The notes: generated from the letters alone by a model not told the origin. 64,000 nucleotides of DNA from an uncultured Verrucomicrobiae bacterium (GCA_963815455.1 CAWFGO010000002.1:576001-640000), one strand, 5' to 3'. Shown: positions 11,853 to 22,147, counted from the first letter of the stretch. Program-made: numbers and translations.

Positions 11853-12338
11853 ATGAAGAAAAAGAAATCGCGCGCATTGCGCAAGCCAGCACGGGCTTCG
11901 ACCAGGGCCAGACCGCTCGGGCCGCATCAGAAAGCCGCGCTCCGAAGTGAAGCATTCGCTCGGGCACTGGAGAACGCGCAAGCCAATGCCAGTGATCCCG
12001 AACGGTTGCGCGCGCTCTTTGCCCAGGCAGCCGGAAAAGCTGCGTCCATTCCGCGAGATCCGTTCAAGGAGAACTGGCCGTATCTTCAGGCGATGCTTCG
12101 TCTGGTTCGCGCCCATTCTCGCGGTGATTATCCGCGCCAGGAAATTTCCGACGACGCGTTCCTCTGGATCATCGCCGCGCTGAACTATCTTGTCGATCCG
12201 TTCGATCTGATTCCGGACGACGTTCCATTTCTCGGCTTTGTCGATGACGCGACGGTGGTCGAGTTTGCCGTATCACGAACGCAGCAAACTCTGGACGATT
12301 TCATGATTTGGGAGACAACAAGTTCGCGGTGCGAGTGA
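11853..12338 (+). CDS. YkvA/DUF1232 family protein
   Basis: AALNYLVDPFDLIPDDVPFLGFVDDA signature. Confidence 0.88.
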   Translation: MKKKKSRALRKPARASTRARPLGPHQKAALRSEAFARALENAQANASDPERLRALFAQAAGKAASIPRDPFKENWPYLQAMLRLVRAHSRGDYPRQEISDDAFLWIIAALNYLVDPFDLIPDDVPFLGFVDDATVVEFAVSRTQQTLDDFMIWETTSSRCE

Positions 12339-12344
12339 TATTCC

Positions 12345-12488
12345 GGGGAGCGCAGGCTGCCAGCCTGCTGTCGTCGGCAACTTGCCAACGACGCCACACA
12401 TGCTGTTACAACAAGTTGTTGGTGCCGAACGTTCCAAGGGCTTTTCGGCAAGCTGCCGAAAAGGACAGGCTGGCAGCCTGTGCTCCCC
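12345..12488. repeat. REP-like nested palindrome (GGGGAGC(G/A)CAGGCTGCCAGCCTG family)
   Basis: GGGGAGCGCAGGCTGCCAGCCTG at the left and CAGGCTGGCAGCCTGTGCTCCCC at the right, with inner TCGGCAA..TGCC hairpins. It lies between convergent genes. Confidence 0.85.
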
Positions 12489-12499
12489 AGACCGGGAAA

Positions 12500-13798
12500 C
12501 TACACCATCAGCAATGCCGGATTTTCGAGAAGACGGCGAAGTTCTTTTAAGTACTCCGCGCCGAGGGCGCCGTCAATGACGCGATGGTCGCAACTCATCG
12601 TGATCGACATCGTATGGCCAACTACGATCTGCTCGGATTCATCTACCGCCGGAACTTTTGTGATCTTACCGATCGCAAGGATAAAACCCTGGGGCGGATT
12701 GATCACGGCCGAAAAACTGTCGATGCCCATGCCGCCGAGATTCGATACGGTGAATGTGCCGCCCTGAAATTCCTCGGGCTTCATTCTCTTGTTGCGAGCG
12801 CGTTGCGCCAGATCCTTCGCCGACTCGCTGATCTCGCGCAGAGATTTGTTTTGCGCTGCGCGAATGATCGGCGTCAACAATCCATCTTCGATCGCAACCG
12901 CAATGCCAAGATCGACATCGGCGTATTGCACGAGCGCGTCGCCGTCGAATGAGGCGTTTACCTTGGGAACTTTTACCGCTGCCTGGACCGCCGCTTTCAA
13001 AACAAAATCGTTTACGGTGATCTTGGAGGTATCGCTTTCTTCTCCCGCGGTTTTCAATTCCGCGCGCGCGGCCATGAGCGGTCCGGCGTCGATGTCGATG
13101 GTGAGATAAAAATGCGGAACAGGACCGAGGCTCTCGGCCAGTCGCTGGGCAATGATCTTGCGCATCCCCGAGAGTTGAATGCGGTTTCCTTCGCCGGGTT
13201 TGACTGTAGGCGCGGGCGCCGACCGCGGCTGGGAAGGACCTTTAGCTGCGCCGCGGTCAGCGCCCGCGGCTACAGATCCGGATTTCGCAGCGCCGCGCAC
13301 ATCGGTCTCGGTGACGCGGCCTTCGGGGCCTGTCCCCTTGACGCTGGCAAGATCGACACCGAGCTCCGCTGCAATTCGACGCGCGACCGGCGACGCTTTC
13401 ACTCGCGCCGTCGTGGCATCGGCGTCTCGCCGATGATTATCTTTCGGAACATCGGCCGGAGGCCGATGCCCCTCTTTTTTTGCAGTCGGCGCAGGCTTGT
13501 CAGTTTCCTTTTGCGGTTTCTTCTCTTTCTTTTGTTTCTCGTCTTTTTTGGGCGCTTCCTCGCCTTCCTCACCGATGAACCCGATTCGGTCGCCCACATT
13601 CACCTTCCCGCCTTCTTCGACATAAATTTCAGTAAGCGTTCCGTCCTCGGGCGATTCCCATTCCATCGTAGCCTTGTCGGTTTCGATCTCGGCGATCACT
13701 TCGCCGGCCGAAACTTTGTCGCCTTTCTTTTTCTTCCACGAAACCAGAGTTCCCTCCGTCATCGTGTCGCTCAACTTGGGCATTTGGATCTCAGGCAT
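12500..13798 (-). CDS. pdhC: Pyruvate dehydrogenase E2 dihydrolipoamide acetyltransferase
   Basis: MPKLSDTMTEG, IETDKATME (lipoyl Lys), ASPVARR...GTGPEGRV (PSBD) and DHRVIDGA. Confidence 0.96.
   Translation of the reverse strand: MPEIQMPKLSDTMTEGTLVSWKKKKGDKVSAGEVIAEIETDKATMEWESPEDGTLTEIYVEEGGKVNVGDRIGFIGEEGEEAPKKDEKQKKEKKPQKETDKPAPTAKKEGHRPPADVPKDNHRRDADATTARVKASPVARRIAAELGVDLASVKGTGPEGRVTETDVRGAAKSGSVAAGADRGAAKGPSQPRSAPAPTVKPGEGNRIQLSGMRKIIAQRLAESLGPVPHFYLTIDIDAGPLMAARAELKTAGEESDTSKITVNDFVLKAAVQAAVKVPKVNASFDGDALVQYADVDLGIAVAIEDGLLTPIIRAAQNKSLREISESAKDLAQRARNKRMKPEEFQGGTFTVSNLGGMGIDSFSAVINPPQGFILAIGKITKVPAVDESEQIVVGHTMSITMSCDHRVIDGALGAEYLKELRRLLENPALLMV
13205..13274. repeat. GTAG-type REP doublet inside the pdhC coding sequence
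   Basis: TGTAGGCGCGGGCGCCGACCGCGG ... CCGCGGTCAGCGCCCGCGGCTACA inverted arms. Confidence 0.75.
13413..13472. repeat. GTGGCATCGGC palindromic element inside the pdhC coding sequence
   Basis: GTGGCATCGGCGTCTCGCCGATG ... CATCGGCCGGAGGCCGATGCCCC. The same element occurs in gcvT at 35982-36038. Confidence 0.8.
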
Positions 13799-13805
13799 GG
13801 AAGAA

Positions 13806-13833
13806 GTTGAGAGTTGATGGTTGAGAGTTGAGG
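13806..13833. repeat. Heptamer tandem array (GTTGA..) x4 in the pdhB-pdhC spacer
   Basis: GTTGAGA GTTGATG GTTGAGA GTTGAGG. Confidence 0.8.
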
Positions 13834-13846
13834 GAAGAATCGACAA

Positions 13847-14830
13847 TCACGCGTAACAGACTTTTTTCACGGCGGCCAAGAGTTTGTCGGCGTTTGGCAA
13901 AACGAATTTCTCGAGGCGCTCGTTATAGGGTATCGGCACATCCTCTTGGGACACGCGCATGATCGGCGCGTCGAGCTCGTCGAAAATATTTTTCTGGATC
14001 CGGTAACAAACTTCCGCGCCGATTCCGCAGAAGGGGCGGTCCTGTTCCACGATCACAGCCCGATGCGTTTTCGAGATCGAATCGTAAATCGTTTTCTCAT
14101 CCAATGGCTTGATCGAGCGAAGATCGACAATCTCCGCCGAAATGTCCTCCTCCTCGAGTTGGGCTGCGACCGCGAGCGCAAGATGGACGGTCTGCGCATA
14201 ACAAATGATCGAAACATCGCTCCCTTCACGCTTCACTTCCGCCTGGCCGAGAGCAATAAGGAGCTCCTCGTTCGGCGGTTCGACCATTCCTTTCGAGCTG
14301 TAAAGCAACTCCGATTCGAGGACGAGCACCGGGTTGTCATCGCGCACCGCAGTCTTCAACAAACCTTTGGCATCGCGTGGCGTGGCCGGCGTGCAAACCT
14401 TCAGGCCCGGCACGCTGGCGAAGAAATTTTCGGTGGCGTGGGAATGGGTCGCGCCAAGTTGATGGGCCGGACCATTCGGGCCGCGGAACGTAATCGGAAC
14501 ATTGAATTGGCCGCCCGACATCATGAGCATGTTAGGCGCGTTGTTTACAACCTGATCGAAAGCGACCAGCGAGAAGCTGAACGTCATGAATTCGATGATG
14601 GGCCGCAGTCCCACCATGGCGGCGCCGATTCCCAACCCGGTGAAACCGTTTTCGCTGATCGGCGTATCGATGATGCGTTTCGCGCCGAAGCGTTCAAACA
14701 AACCCTGGCTGACCTTGTAGGCGCCCTGATATTCGGCGACTTCTTCACCCATGAGAAAGACATTCGGATCGCGCTCCAGTTCTTCGGCGAGCGCTTCGTT
14801 GAGGGCCTGGCGATAGGTGATTTCTCTCAT
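13847..14830 (-). CDS. pdhB: Pyruvate dehydrogenase E1 beta
   Basis: MGEEVAEYQGAYKV, DTPISENGF and EFMTFSF. Confidence 0.96.
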   Translation of the reverse strand: MREITYRQALNEALAEELERDPNVFLMGEEVAEYQGAYKVSQGLFERFGAKRIIDTPISENGFTGLGIGAAMVGLRPIIEFMTFSFSLVAFDQVVNNAPNMLMMSGGQFNVPITFRGPNGPAHQLGATHSHATENFFASVPGLKVCTPATPRDAKGLLKTAVRDDNPVLVLESELLYSSKGMVEPPNEELLIALGQAEVKREGSDVSIICYAQTVHLALAVAAQLEEEDISAEIVDLRSIKPLDEKTIYDSISKTHRAVIVEQDRPFCGIGAEVCYRIQKNIFDELDAPIMRVSQEDVPIPYNERLEKFVLPNADKLLAAVKKVCYA

Positions 14831-15804
14831 TCTTGTGCGCCTTTGAAGTAAACGTAGTCGAAAACTTTTTCGACCGGTAGCTCCGGACTTTGCTCGGCAA
14901 ATTTCACTGCCGCGAGCACCGTTTCTTTTGCTTTCTTGTCGATCTTATCGAACTCCTCGTTGGTCAGCTTTCCCTCGCGGGTCAATTGCGCGCGGAAACG
15001 GGTGATCGGGTCGTCCAGTCGATATTTCTCCAGTTCCTCTTTCGTCCGATAACTGGCGGGGTCCGACATGGAATGACCGCGGTAGCGATAAGTGCGAACC
15101 TCGACAAACGCCGGGTGCGGATCTTTGCGGATCGAGCCGGCGATCTCGGCCAGCTTGTCGCGCACTTCGCGGAAACTCATTCCATCGACAATATCGCCGG
15201 GAATATCGTAACCCTCGGCCCGATCGACGATTTGTTTCAACGATGTCGATCTTTGCACGGATGTGCCCATGGCGAAGAGGTTGTTTTCGCAAATGAGAAT
15301 GACGGGCAATTTGTAAAGCGCGATGAGATTGAGCGCTTCGTGGAAAGCGCCTTGATTTATGGCGCCGTCGCCGAAATAGCAAAGCGTCACCCGGTCTTCA
15401 CCGCGATATTTTGAGGCGAACGCCATTCCTGCGGCCAGCGGCACGTGGGCGCCGACAATTGCGTGCCCGCCGTACATGTGATTTTTCTTGTCGAAAAAAT
15501 GCATCGAACCGCCGAGCCCGCGCGAGCAGCCGGTTTCCTTGCCGAAAAGTTCGGCCATGCAGGCGTTGGCGCTGGTGCCGCGGGCCAGAGCGTGGGCGTG
15601 ATCGCGATACGCCGTGATGATGTAATCATCGTCGCGCACCGCCGCGACAGAACCGACCGCAACAGCTTCCTGGCCAATATAAAGGTGGCAAAAACCGCCG
15701 ATCTTCTGCGCTTGATATTGCTGGCTCGCGCGTTCCTCGAAACGGCGGATCAGCAGCATCAGCGCGAGCATCTCGACCTCGTCGCGTGGCTCGGGCCGCT
15801 GCAT
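14827..15804 (-). CDS. pdhA: Pyruvate dehydrogenase E1 alpha
   Basis: GGFCHLYIGQEA, GGSMH, the FGDGA...N TPP motif and YRYRGHSMSDP. Confidence 0.96.
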   Translation of the reverse strand: MQRPEPRDEVEMLALMLLIRRFEERASQQYQAQKIGGFCHLYIGQEAVAVGSVAAVRDDDYIITAYRDHAHALARGTSANACMAELFGKETGCSRGLGGSMHFFDKKNHMYGGHAIVGAHVPLAAGMAFASKYRGEDRVTLCYFGDGAINQGAFHEALNLIALYKLPVILICENNLFAMGTSVQRSTSLKQIVDRAEGYDIPGDIVDGMSFREVRDKLAEIAGSIRKDPHPAFVEVRTYRYRGHSMSDPASYRTKEELEKYRLDDPITRFRAQLTREGKLTNEEFDKIDKKAKETVLAAVKFAEQSPELPVEKVFDYVYFKGAQE

Positions 15805-15811
15805 CGGAAAT

Positions 15812-16399
15812 TTATACGACGCGCGGCAAGGCCGTTCTCGCCTGCGAACGCGCGGGATTTCGGCCAAAGCTCATGCAGATGACAAAAAGAAACGTGAAGA
15901 AAAGATCGCTCACGAGCGAGTTACGGAAAAACATCCAGCTCGGCGTGGCGCCATAAGCCGGCAGACCCACTGTCAGCGCCTGGAGCAATCCACCAAAGTT
16001 CTTCACGTAACCCGGATCGAAGACCCAGGAGACGGTGTTCGTAACCACGTAAAAAACGACGGAGGCTGCGATTGAGGCGGGCAGCAGCGTCTTGAGCGAG
16101 GCGCGATTCTGCAAGAGCAGCCCCAGCCCGCCCACGAGGGCAAACCCGAGATAATGCGAAGCGACAAACGGACTGAGCAACGAAAAGCCGTAGTGCATGT
16201 TGAGCACGACATCCGAAATGAGGAGCGCGATCATCGGAACGGCGAATTTGTATCTCATCGGGAAATAAGCGGCTGCGCAAAGCGCGATCGCGGCGAGCGG
16301 CGCGAAGTTCGACAACCCGGTGGAACCGGAGGTGATCAGAAGCCCCGTCGTGATGCGATAGCCGACGGCCGAAAAAATGAGAAAAAGCGCGGGAATCAT
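15812..16399 (-). CDS. DUF6580-like putative transporter substrate-binding membrane protein
   Basis: NFAPLAAIAL, SVVFYVVTN and FFRNSLVSDL; about 5 TM helices. Confidence 0.7.
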   Translation of the reverse strand: MIPALFLIFSAVGYRITTGLLITSGSTGLSNFAPLAAIALCAAAYFPMRYKFAVPMIALLISDVVLNMHYGFSLLSPFVASHYLGFALVGGLGLLLQNRASLKTLLPASIAASVVFYVVTNTVSWVFDPGYVKNFGGLLQALTVGLPAYGATPSWMFFRNSLVSDLFFTFLFVICMSFGRNPARSQARTALPRVV

Positions 16400-16438
16400 C
16401 GCCAAGACTTTAGCCGTCCCGCGAGATATGCCAAGACC

Positions 16439-16687
16439 TCACTTCGCGGCTGTGAGCATGCGATTGAGTCGCGCCTTGCGCCGCCTGGCCGCGTTGCCGT
16501 GAATGATTCCCTGCTTGGCCGCCTTATCGATCGCGGCAACCGCAGCGCGAATTTGGTTCGGGTCGGGTTTTGTGGCAGCGAGGGCCCGCTTTTGCGACGT
16601 CCGGATATGGCTGAGAACGGAACGGTTCCGCAGGGAGCGACGGAGAGATTGACGAGCGCGTTTGCCGGCGGATTTCGTGTTGGCCAT
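16439..16687 (-). CDS. rpsT: 30S ribosomal protein S20
   Basis: MANTKSAGKRARQ ... IDKAAKQGIIHGNAARRRKARL. Confidence 0.96.
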   Translation of the reverse strand: MANTKSAGKRARQSLRRSLRNRSVLSHIRTSQKRALAATKPDPNQIRAAVAAIDKAAKQGIIHGNAARRRKARLNRMLTAAK

Positions 16688-16717
16688 TCTTGAAAGAAGC
16701 CGTCGAAAGCCCCGGGG

Positions 16718-17407
16718 TCAAGCACCGCGGCCTGAAACGCGGCTGGCCAAGGCGTCCTTGGCTCGAGGTGGCTTAACCTGAGGACGGGCCGACGTCACCC
16801 AATCATCTTTCTCGGCGTCGATTTCTTCAGGGGGTTTGGCCCGCGAACGAGCGGCGTTCTTTGAAACTTTCGGCAACCGGTCCGGGATGATTTGCACCAT
16901 GGTCCCGATGGGAACTTGATTGTATAAAGTCGTGATGTCGCGCGACCGCATCCGGATGCAACCGTAACTGGCCGGCCGCCCGATGGTGCGTTCTTCGGGG
17001 GTGCCATGAATGTAAATGCAGCGATTGTAAGCGTGCACGTTCGAAGCCTCGAGGCCACGCAACCAAATGATGCGGGTCACGATAGGGTCGCGTCCCGGCG
17101 CGTTAGGACGAAGAACTTCTCCCGTCCAGCGACGGTTGTGAAACACCGCGCCCACCGGCACATTATCACCGATCTTTTGCGCAACCTGCAAAAATCCCAG
17201 CGGCGTCGTCATTCTTCCGCGAGAATCGCCCAGGCCGAATTTGGAAGTCGAAACCGGAAAGGTGGCAATTCTTACTCCGTTTTGGAGGAGCATTAATTTC
17301 TGATCCCGCACGCTGACAATGATGCGGTTGTCGGGAATGAAAAAACCTGCGTGCAGTGTCGTGGCGCAGAAAAGCAACCCTAAAACCCCGGCCCAAGAAC
17401 GAAACAT
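16718..17407 (-). CDS. L,D-transpeptidase (YkuD) family protein
   Basis: Signal peptide, TPLG and IYIHGT...SYGCIRM catalytic motif. Confidence 0.9.
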   Translation of the reverse strand: MFRSWAGVLGLLFCATTLHAGFFIPDNRIIVSVRDQKLMLLQNGVRIATFPVSTSKFGLGDSRGRMTTPLGFLQVAQKIGDNVPVGAVFHNRRWTGEVLRPNAPGRDPIVTRIIWLRGLEASNVHAYNRCIYIHGTPEERTIGRPASYGCIRMRSRDITTLYNQVPIGTMVQIIPDRLPKVSKNAARSRAKPPEEIDAEKDDWVTSARPQVKPPRAKDALASRVSGRGA

Positions 17408-17438
17408 CCGGCCCTTCTTACTCGAAAACTGCGCTTTG

Positions 17439-18944
17439 TCACGCAGGAAGTGCGGCCGGGGCCCGGGAGCCGCCGAGAGTGAATTTGGGCCACCACAGGC
17501 CAAGCGACGAAATAGCGACATAAAGAAAGCCGCCTTGGAACATGAGCAGGAAAGGTACCGAAAGGAATTGCTGGTGGACGATGGCGAACCAAACGAAGTA
17601 ACTAAAATAAAGCGCGAAAGCCATCTCGGCGATGGGCAGAAGCGATTTCAACGATTTGTACTTACAATTGCGCCAGGGCTGCGATTTGCGGTCGATGCCG
17701 TATTTGGGGGTGCGCGTAAAATCGGACCTGTGATTAAAGATGGCCTCGAGCACGGCCCGGGCGTTGTTGAGCGACAGTCCGACGCCAAGAGCGAGCAGAC
17801 ACGGGAGAAGAAGAATCTCTTTCATCCACGTACGGGGGTGCAATTCACGCTGCGCGCAAAAATAAAAGACCCCCACTGACACGGAGGCAGCGAGAAAGAT
17901 TGGGATATCCACAAGGAACGTGCGCGCCCAGCCGGGGGCCGGACCGCCCACGGAAGGATGCAACAGGACGCATAGGCAAGCCAGCAGCAGGTAAGCGAAG
18001 TTCGACATCAAATGGCCGGTCGCCTCGATTTTGATCGGCAGCGGCAATCTGCTTCGCCAAATCCTGGGCAAAAGCTTCTTGCACGTTTGAACCGAGCCTT
18101 TGGTCCAGCGATGTTGCTGGGACTTGAAGCCGTTCATGTCCACCGGCAACTCGGCCGGCGTTACGACATCGGAAAGAAAGATGAATTTCCACCCGACTAG
18201 TTGAGCCCGATAGCTAAGATCGAGATCTTCAGTGAGCGTATCGTGCTGCCAGCCGCCGGCTTCTTCAATACAGGAACGGCGCCACAACCCGGCCGTTCCG
18301 TTAAAGTTGAAAAACCGTCCGCTACGGCTCCGCGCCGTTTGCTCCAGAAGCAAATGCCCATCCAGAAACATCGCCTGCACGCGCGTGAGCACGGAATACC
18401 CCCGGTTCAAATGTCCCCAGCGCGTCTGGATCATGCCGACTTTGGGATCGGTAAAGAAATCGATCGTGCGCCTGAGTAAATCCGGCGGCGGGACGAAATC
18501 GGCATCGAGGATGCACACAAACTCGCCCTCGGCGGACTCGAGGCCGGCCGCGAGCGCGCCCGCCTTGAAGCCGGTGCGATCTACGCGATGGATGAGCTGG
18601 ACGTTGAACCCGCGCTGCCGCAGCTCTTTCGTGCACGAGGCAGTGATCTCGCGGGTTTCATCGGTGGAATCGTCCAGGACTTGGATCTGAAGAAGCTCCT
18701 GAGGATAATCCAGTTCGCTCACGGACAGGAGTAGACGTTCGGCCACATAAACTTCGTTAAAAATCGGCAACTGCACCGTTACCTTGGGGAGGCGATCGAA
18801 CCGGCCGGCCGGCACCGGCGCACGCTTCCGGTTCTTAAGGAACAAATAGACAATAAAATAGCGATGGATGCCGTAGGCGGATAGCCCGATCAGCACGCTT
18901 AAGTAACAGATTGTCCAGATAAGATTACCGAGGCTTCCTTGCAT
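17439..18944 (-). CDS. Processive GT2 glycosyltransferase (cellulose synthase-like/CslA-type)
   Basis: VQLPIFNE, QVLDDSTD, GFKAGAL, DADF, TEDLD and QQHRW (QxxRW). Confidence 0.92.
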   Translation of the reverse strand: MQGSLGNLIWTICYLSVLIGLSAYGIHRYFIVYLFLKNRKRAPVPAGRFDRLPKVTVQLPIFNEVYVAERLLLSVSELDYPQELLQIQVLDDSTDETREITASCTKELRQRGFNVQLIHRVDRTGFKAGALAAGLESAEGEFVCILDADFVPPPDLLRRTIDFFTDPKVGMIQTRWGHLNRGYSVLTRVQAMFLDGHLLLEQTARSRSGRFFNFNGTAGLWRRSCIEEAGGWQHDTLTEDLDLSYRAQLVGWKFIFLSDVVTPAELPVDMNGFKSQQHRWTKGSVQTCKKLLPRIWRSRLPLPIKIEATGHLMSNFAYLLLACLCVLLHPSVGGPAPGWARTFLVDIPIFLAASVSVGVFYFCAQRELHPRTWMKEILLLPCLLALGVGLSLNNARAVLEAIFNHRSDFTRTPKYGIDRKSQPWRNCKYKSLKSLLPIAEMAFALYFSYFVWFAIVHQQFLSVPFLLMFQGGFLYVAISSLGLWWPKFTLGGSRAPAALPA

Positions 18945-19136
18945 GGGCTTCGATGGCTGCGCTAAACAGCAGCAAGGGCGACATGATGACGTTTCCCTTG
19001 TCTCCGTCAATTCAAAAAAAAATGCTCTACAAATGGGAGTGACTCCACCACTCAATTATCCGCTCCTATCTTCCCCTTGCTTGAGGCGGCGGTCGGGTTC
19101 ATTGGTGATAAGCCGATTTTTTCGCAGTCAACAGGG

Positions 19137-21618
19137 ATGCAATTGCGAGACATACTTCAGAAGCGGCGGCGCGACCGGTTCGAACGCTTCAATATCGCTT
19201 TCCCGATCCTCCTCGCGGGCTGGGTCCCCTCGATACTAACCCTGGTTGTTTCTTACACCATTCTGACCAAGACGTTGGAATCAAGAATCCTGCGCGACCG
19301 GCAGACTTTTATTCGATTGATCGGCCACCTGGTGGGCGACGATCTGAGCCGGACCGGCGGCATTATCGAATATTACCAAACGTTGCCCGAGATCGCCAAA
19401 ATGCTGACCGGGCCCGACCCACAAATCGCTGCGCAACAGTGGCTCGGATCGGCCTTTTACTCACATCCACGGATCGACGGGATGTTCGTTACAACCCCTG
19501 ATGGTCGCCTCATCGCATCAGTCCCGAACATTCCGGAGATGATGGGCAAGGATTTTGAATCGGCCCTTTGGCGTGAAGAGGCCAAAACATCGAGCGGCGT
19601 ATTCGTCTCGGCCGTCCATCGCCGCTTTCCAGACCAGCGCATGGTGACCGACATCGTCGGCGCGGTGCGGGGCCCGGATCGAGCAATTGTGGGTTATCTC
19701 GGCATCTCGGTGTTGGTGGAGAGAATTGGGCGCCGGCTTTCCACCATCGAGTTTGCCGATCAATCGCTCTGCGAAGTGTTCGATCAGAAGGGCACCGCCC
19801 TTTTCGACAAGGACTTCCGCCCAAATCTGGGGTCCGTTTCGCCGCCGAGTTCGCTTTTAATGGAGGAGATCGGCAAAAGACAGCGCGGCCATTTCGAGCT
19901 CCAGGGAACCGTGTATCTCTTTTAGTCCGGTGGAATCGACGGGCTGGGCAGCGGTCGTGGAGCAACCGAAGGCCGTCGCCTACAAACCGGTGCACGATTT
20001 GCTGGCCCGAATGACTTTCCTCGCCGCCTGGTTGATCGCGCTCACGGGAGTCTTCGCCTGGCTGGCGGGCAAGTTTTACAGGCGGCAGACGGAAGCCAGC
20101 CGGCGAATCGAACGCGAAGTCATTTTCAACGAAAACATTCTGGCGAACATGCCGAGCGGCATCGCGTTTATCGATCCAATCTCGCGTCGATTCCTACAGG
20201 CGAATGAAGCTTTCACCCGAATGGCCCGGCGTTTTGGCGAGCTGCCGGACAATCGCGACATCACGGAAGCAACCTATGACGAGGTTAAGATCGCCCCGGC
20301 AACGGCAATCGAAAAGGTCCTCGCTTCCGGCGCGCCGTTCCAATTGGTCGAGCACCCGATCAAGGACAAAACCGGCATGGCCCACTTTGCGGATATCCAT
20401 CTCATTCGGCTCGAAGGCTCAAAAGGGAATGTGCAAGGCGTGCTCTATTTGGTTGAAGACAAAACCCGCGACATGACTCTGCGTCAGGAGTTGATCGGCG
20501 CGAACGCGGCCAAAGACCAGTTTTTGGCGCTGCTCTCACACGAGTTGCGCAATCCACTCTCGCCTGTGATCGCGATGGTAAGCGAACTCGAGCTGAGCAT
20601 GCCGGCTTCGCCGAGCGTTCGGCAGGCACTCGAGGTTATCCGTCGAAACGTGGAACTGGAAGCGCGTTTGATTGACGACTTGCTTGACGTCACGCGTATC
20701 GCCAAGGGCAAGCTGCAACTCACCTTCGAGATTGTGAGCGTGCACGAAATCCTCCAGCGCGCCTACGAAATTTGCCGCGAAGACATTTCCGCAAAGCAGC
20801 TGGAAACGGAATTCCGGCTTCGCGCCGGCGAAGCCCACGTCGAGGGCGATCCCGCCCGTTTGCAGCAGGTTTTTTGGAACCTAATCAAGAACAGCGTGAA
20901 ATTCACTCCGGCCAAAGGCCGCATTATTATAGAGACGCACAACCCGGCCCCGGAACAGATCGAGATCGGGATAAGCGACAACGGCATCGGCATCGAGCCG
21001 GAGAAGATCGACAAGATCTTCAACGCATTCGAGCAGGGCCAAAGCTCCATCACCCGGCGATTTGGCGGCCTCGGTCTTGGGCTGGCCATTTCAAAGGCAA
21101 TGGTCGACGCGCATGGGGGACGGATCCGGGTCCAAAGTTCGGGCAAGGACAACGGCGCAACCTTTTCGATCACTCTGAAAACTGTGCCGGCGCCGGCGAG
21201 CGCAGGCAATGGAGCGCAAACAACCGAAGCGCCCGCCGCTGGAAGAAAACGGCGCGAGCTCAGACAACGGCGGCTTCTGGTGGTGGACGATCATCAGGAC
21301 ACCTGCACAGGAATGAAATTGATGCTCGAACGCCGGGGCTACGAAATTACCGTCGCCCATTCCGCCGAGCAGGCGGTGGAAAGAGCGCAAAAACAGGATT
21401 TCGATCTTCTGATCAGCGACATCGGTCTGCCCGATCGGAGCGGCTACGAGCTAATGCGCGAATTGCAGAGTAGCAAAGGTCTGCGCGGAATCGCCCTGAG
21501 CGGTTTTGGCATGGAACACGACGTGAACAAAGCCAAGGCCGCTGGATTTTCGGAGCATCTCACCAAACCGATCAACTTCGAGCGGCTCGAGGAAGCGATT
21601 CAAGGCCTGCTGGCGTAG
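19137..21618 (+). CDS. Hybrid sensor histidine kinase (Cache-PAS-HisKA-HATPase-REC); frameshift near 19925
   Basis: TM-periplasmic domain, then LSHELRNPL, NLIKNSVKFT, DNGIGI, GGLGLGL and receiver motifs VVDD / SDIGLP / KP. Confidence 0.92.
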
Positions 21619-21643
21619 AAAATTTTCCGCTTACTCCAAACCG

Positions 21644-21991
21644 TTATCCGCCGGCGGAGATGGCTTTCGATTTGCGTTCTTCCGATTCCTTAAGCTCCCG
21701 GGAAAGTTTTTCCACCCGCTGCCGCATCACTTTTCCGGCCTTGAATTTCACCGTGGCCCGCGAAGGGATCACGAAACTGCTGCCCGGTTGGTTCGGGTTT
21801 CGCCCAACACGAGGCTTGGTCAGGCGCGGCTGAAAAATGCCAAAATTACGCAGTTCCACTGGGACGTTATTGGCCAGGCTATCGGTAATCTTGTCGAGCG
21901 TCCGCTGGACCACGTCGAAGACCTGGTGCTGCACCATCCCGGTCTGATTGCTGATGGCGACCACGATGTCGCGTTTAGTTAGTTTTGCCAT
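21644..21991 (-). CDS. HU/IHF family DNA-binding protein
   Basis: VELRNFGIF, RVGRNPNQPG and VKFKAGK. Confidence 0.92.
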   Translation of the reverse strand: MAKLTKRDIVVAISNQTGMVQHQVFDVVQRTLDKITDSLANNVPVELRNFGIFQPRLTKPRVGRNPNQPGSSFVIPSRATVKFKAGKVMRQRVEKLSRELKESEERKSKAISAGG

Positions 21992-22147
21992 ATCCACCTA
22001 GTAATCGGTCGTCGTCAGCGTTGCGGAGGTCAATAAACAGAAAAAAAATGATGAACTATCGGTGTAACCTCTTCCAATAGAGGCGCAAACGCAACTGCCC
22101 AGCTCTGCTCTGGCGGACCAGGCGCAATTCCCAGGATCTGCGGGAAA

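Noticed and set aside
19915..19932. Programmed frameshift or phase variation at the T-run splitting the sensor kinase
   Set aside because: A short homopolymer in a sequence with many similar indels; assembly error is the simpler explanation.
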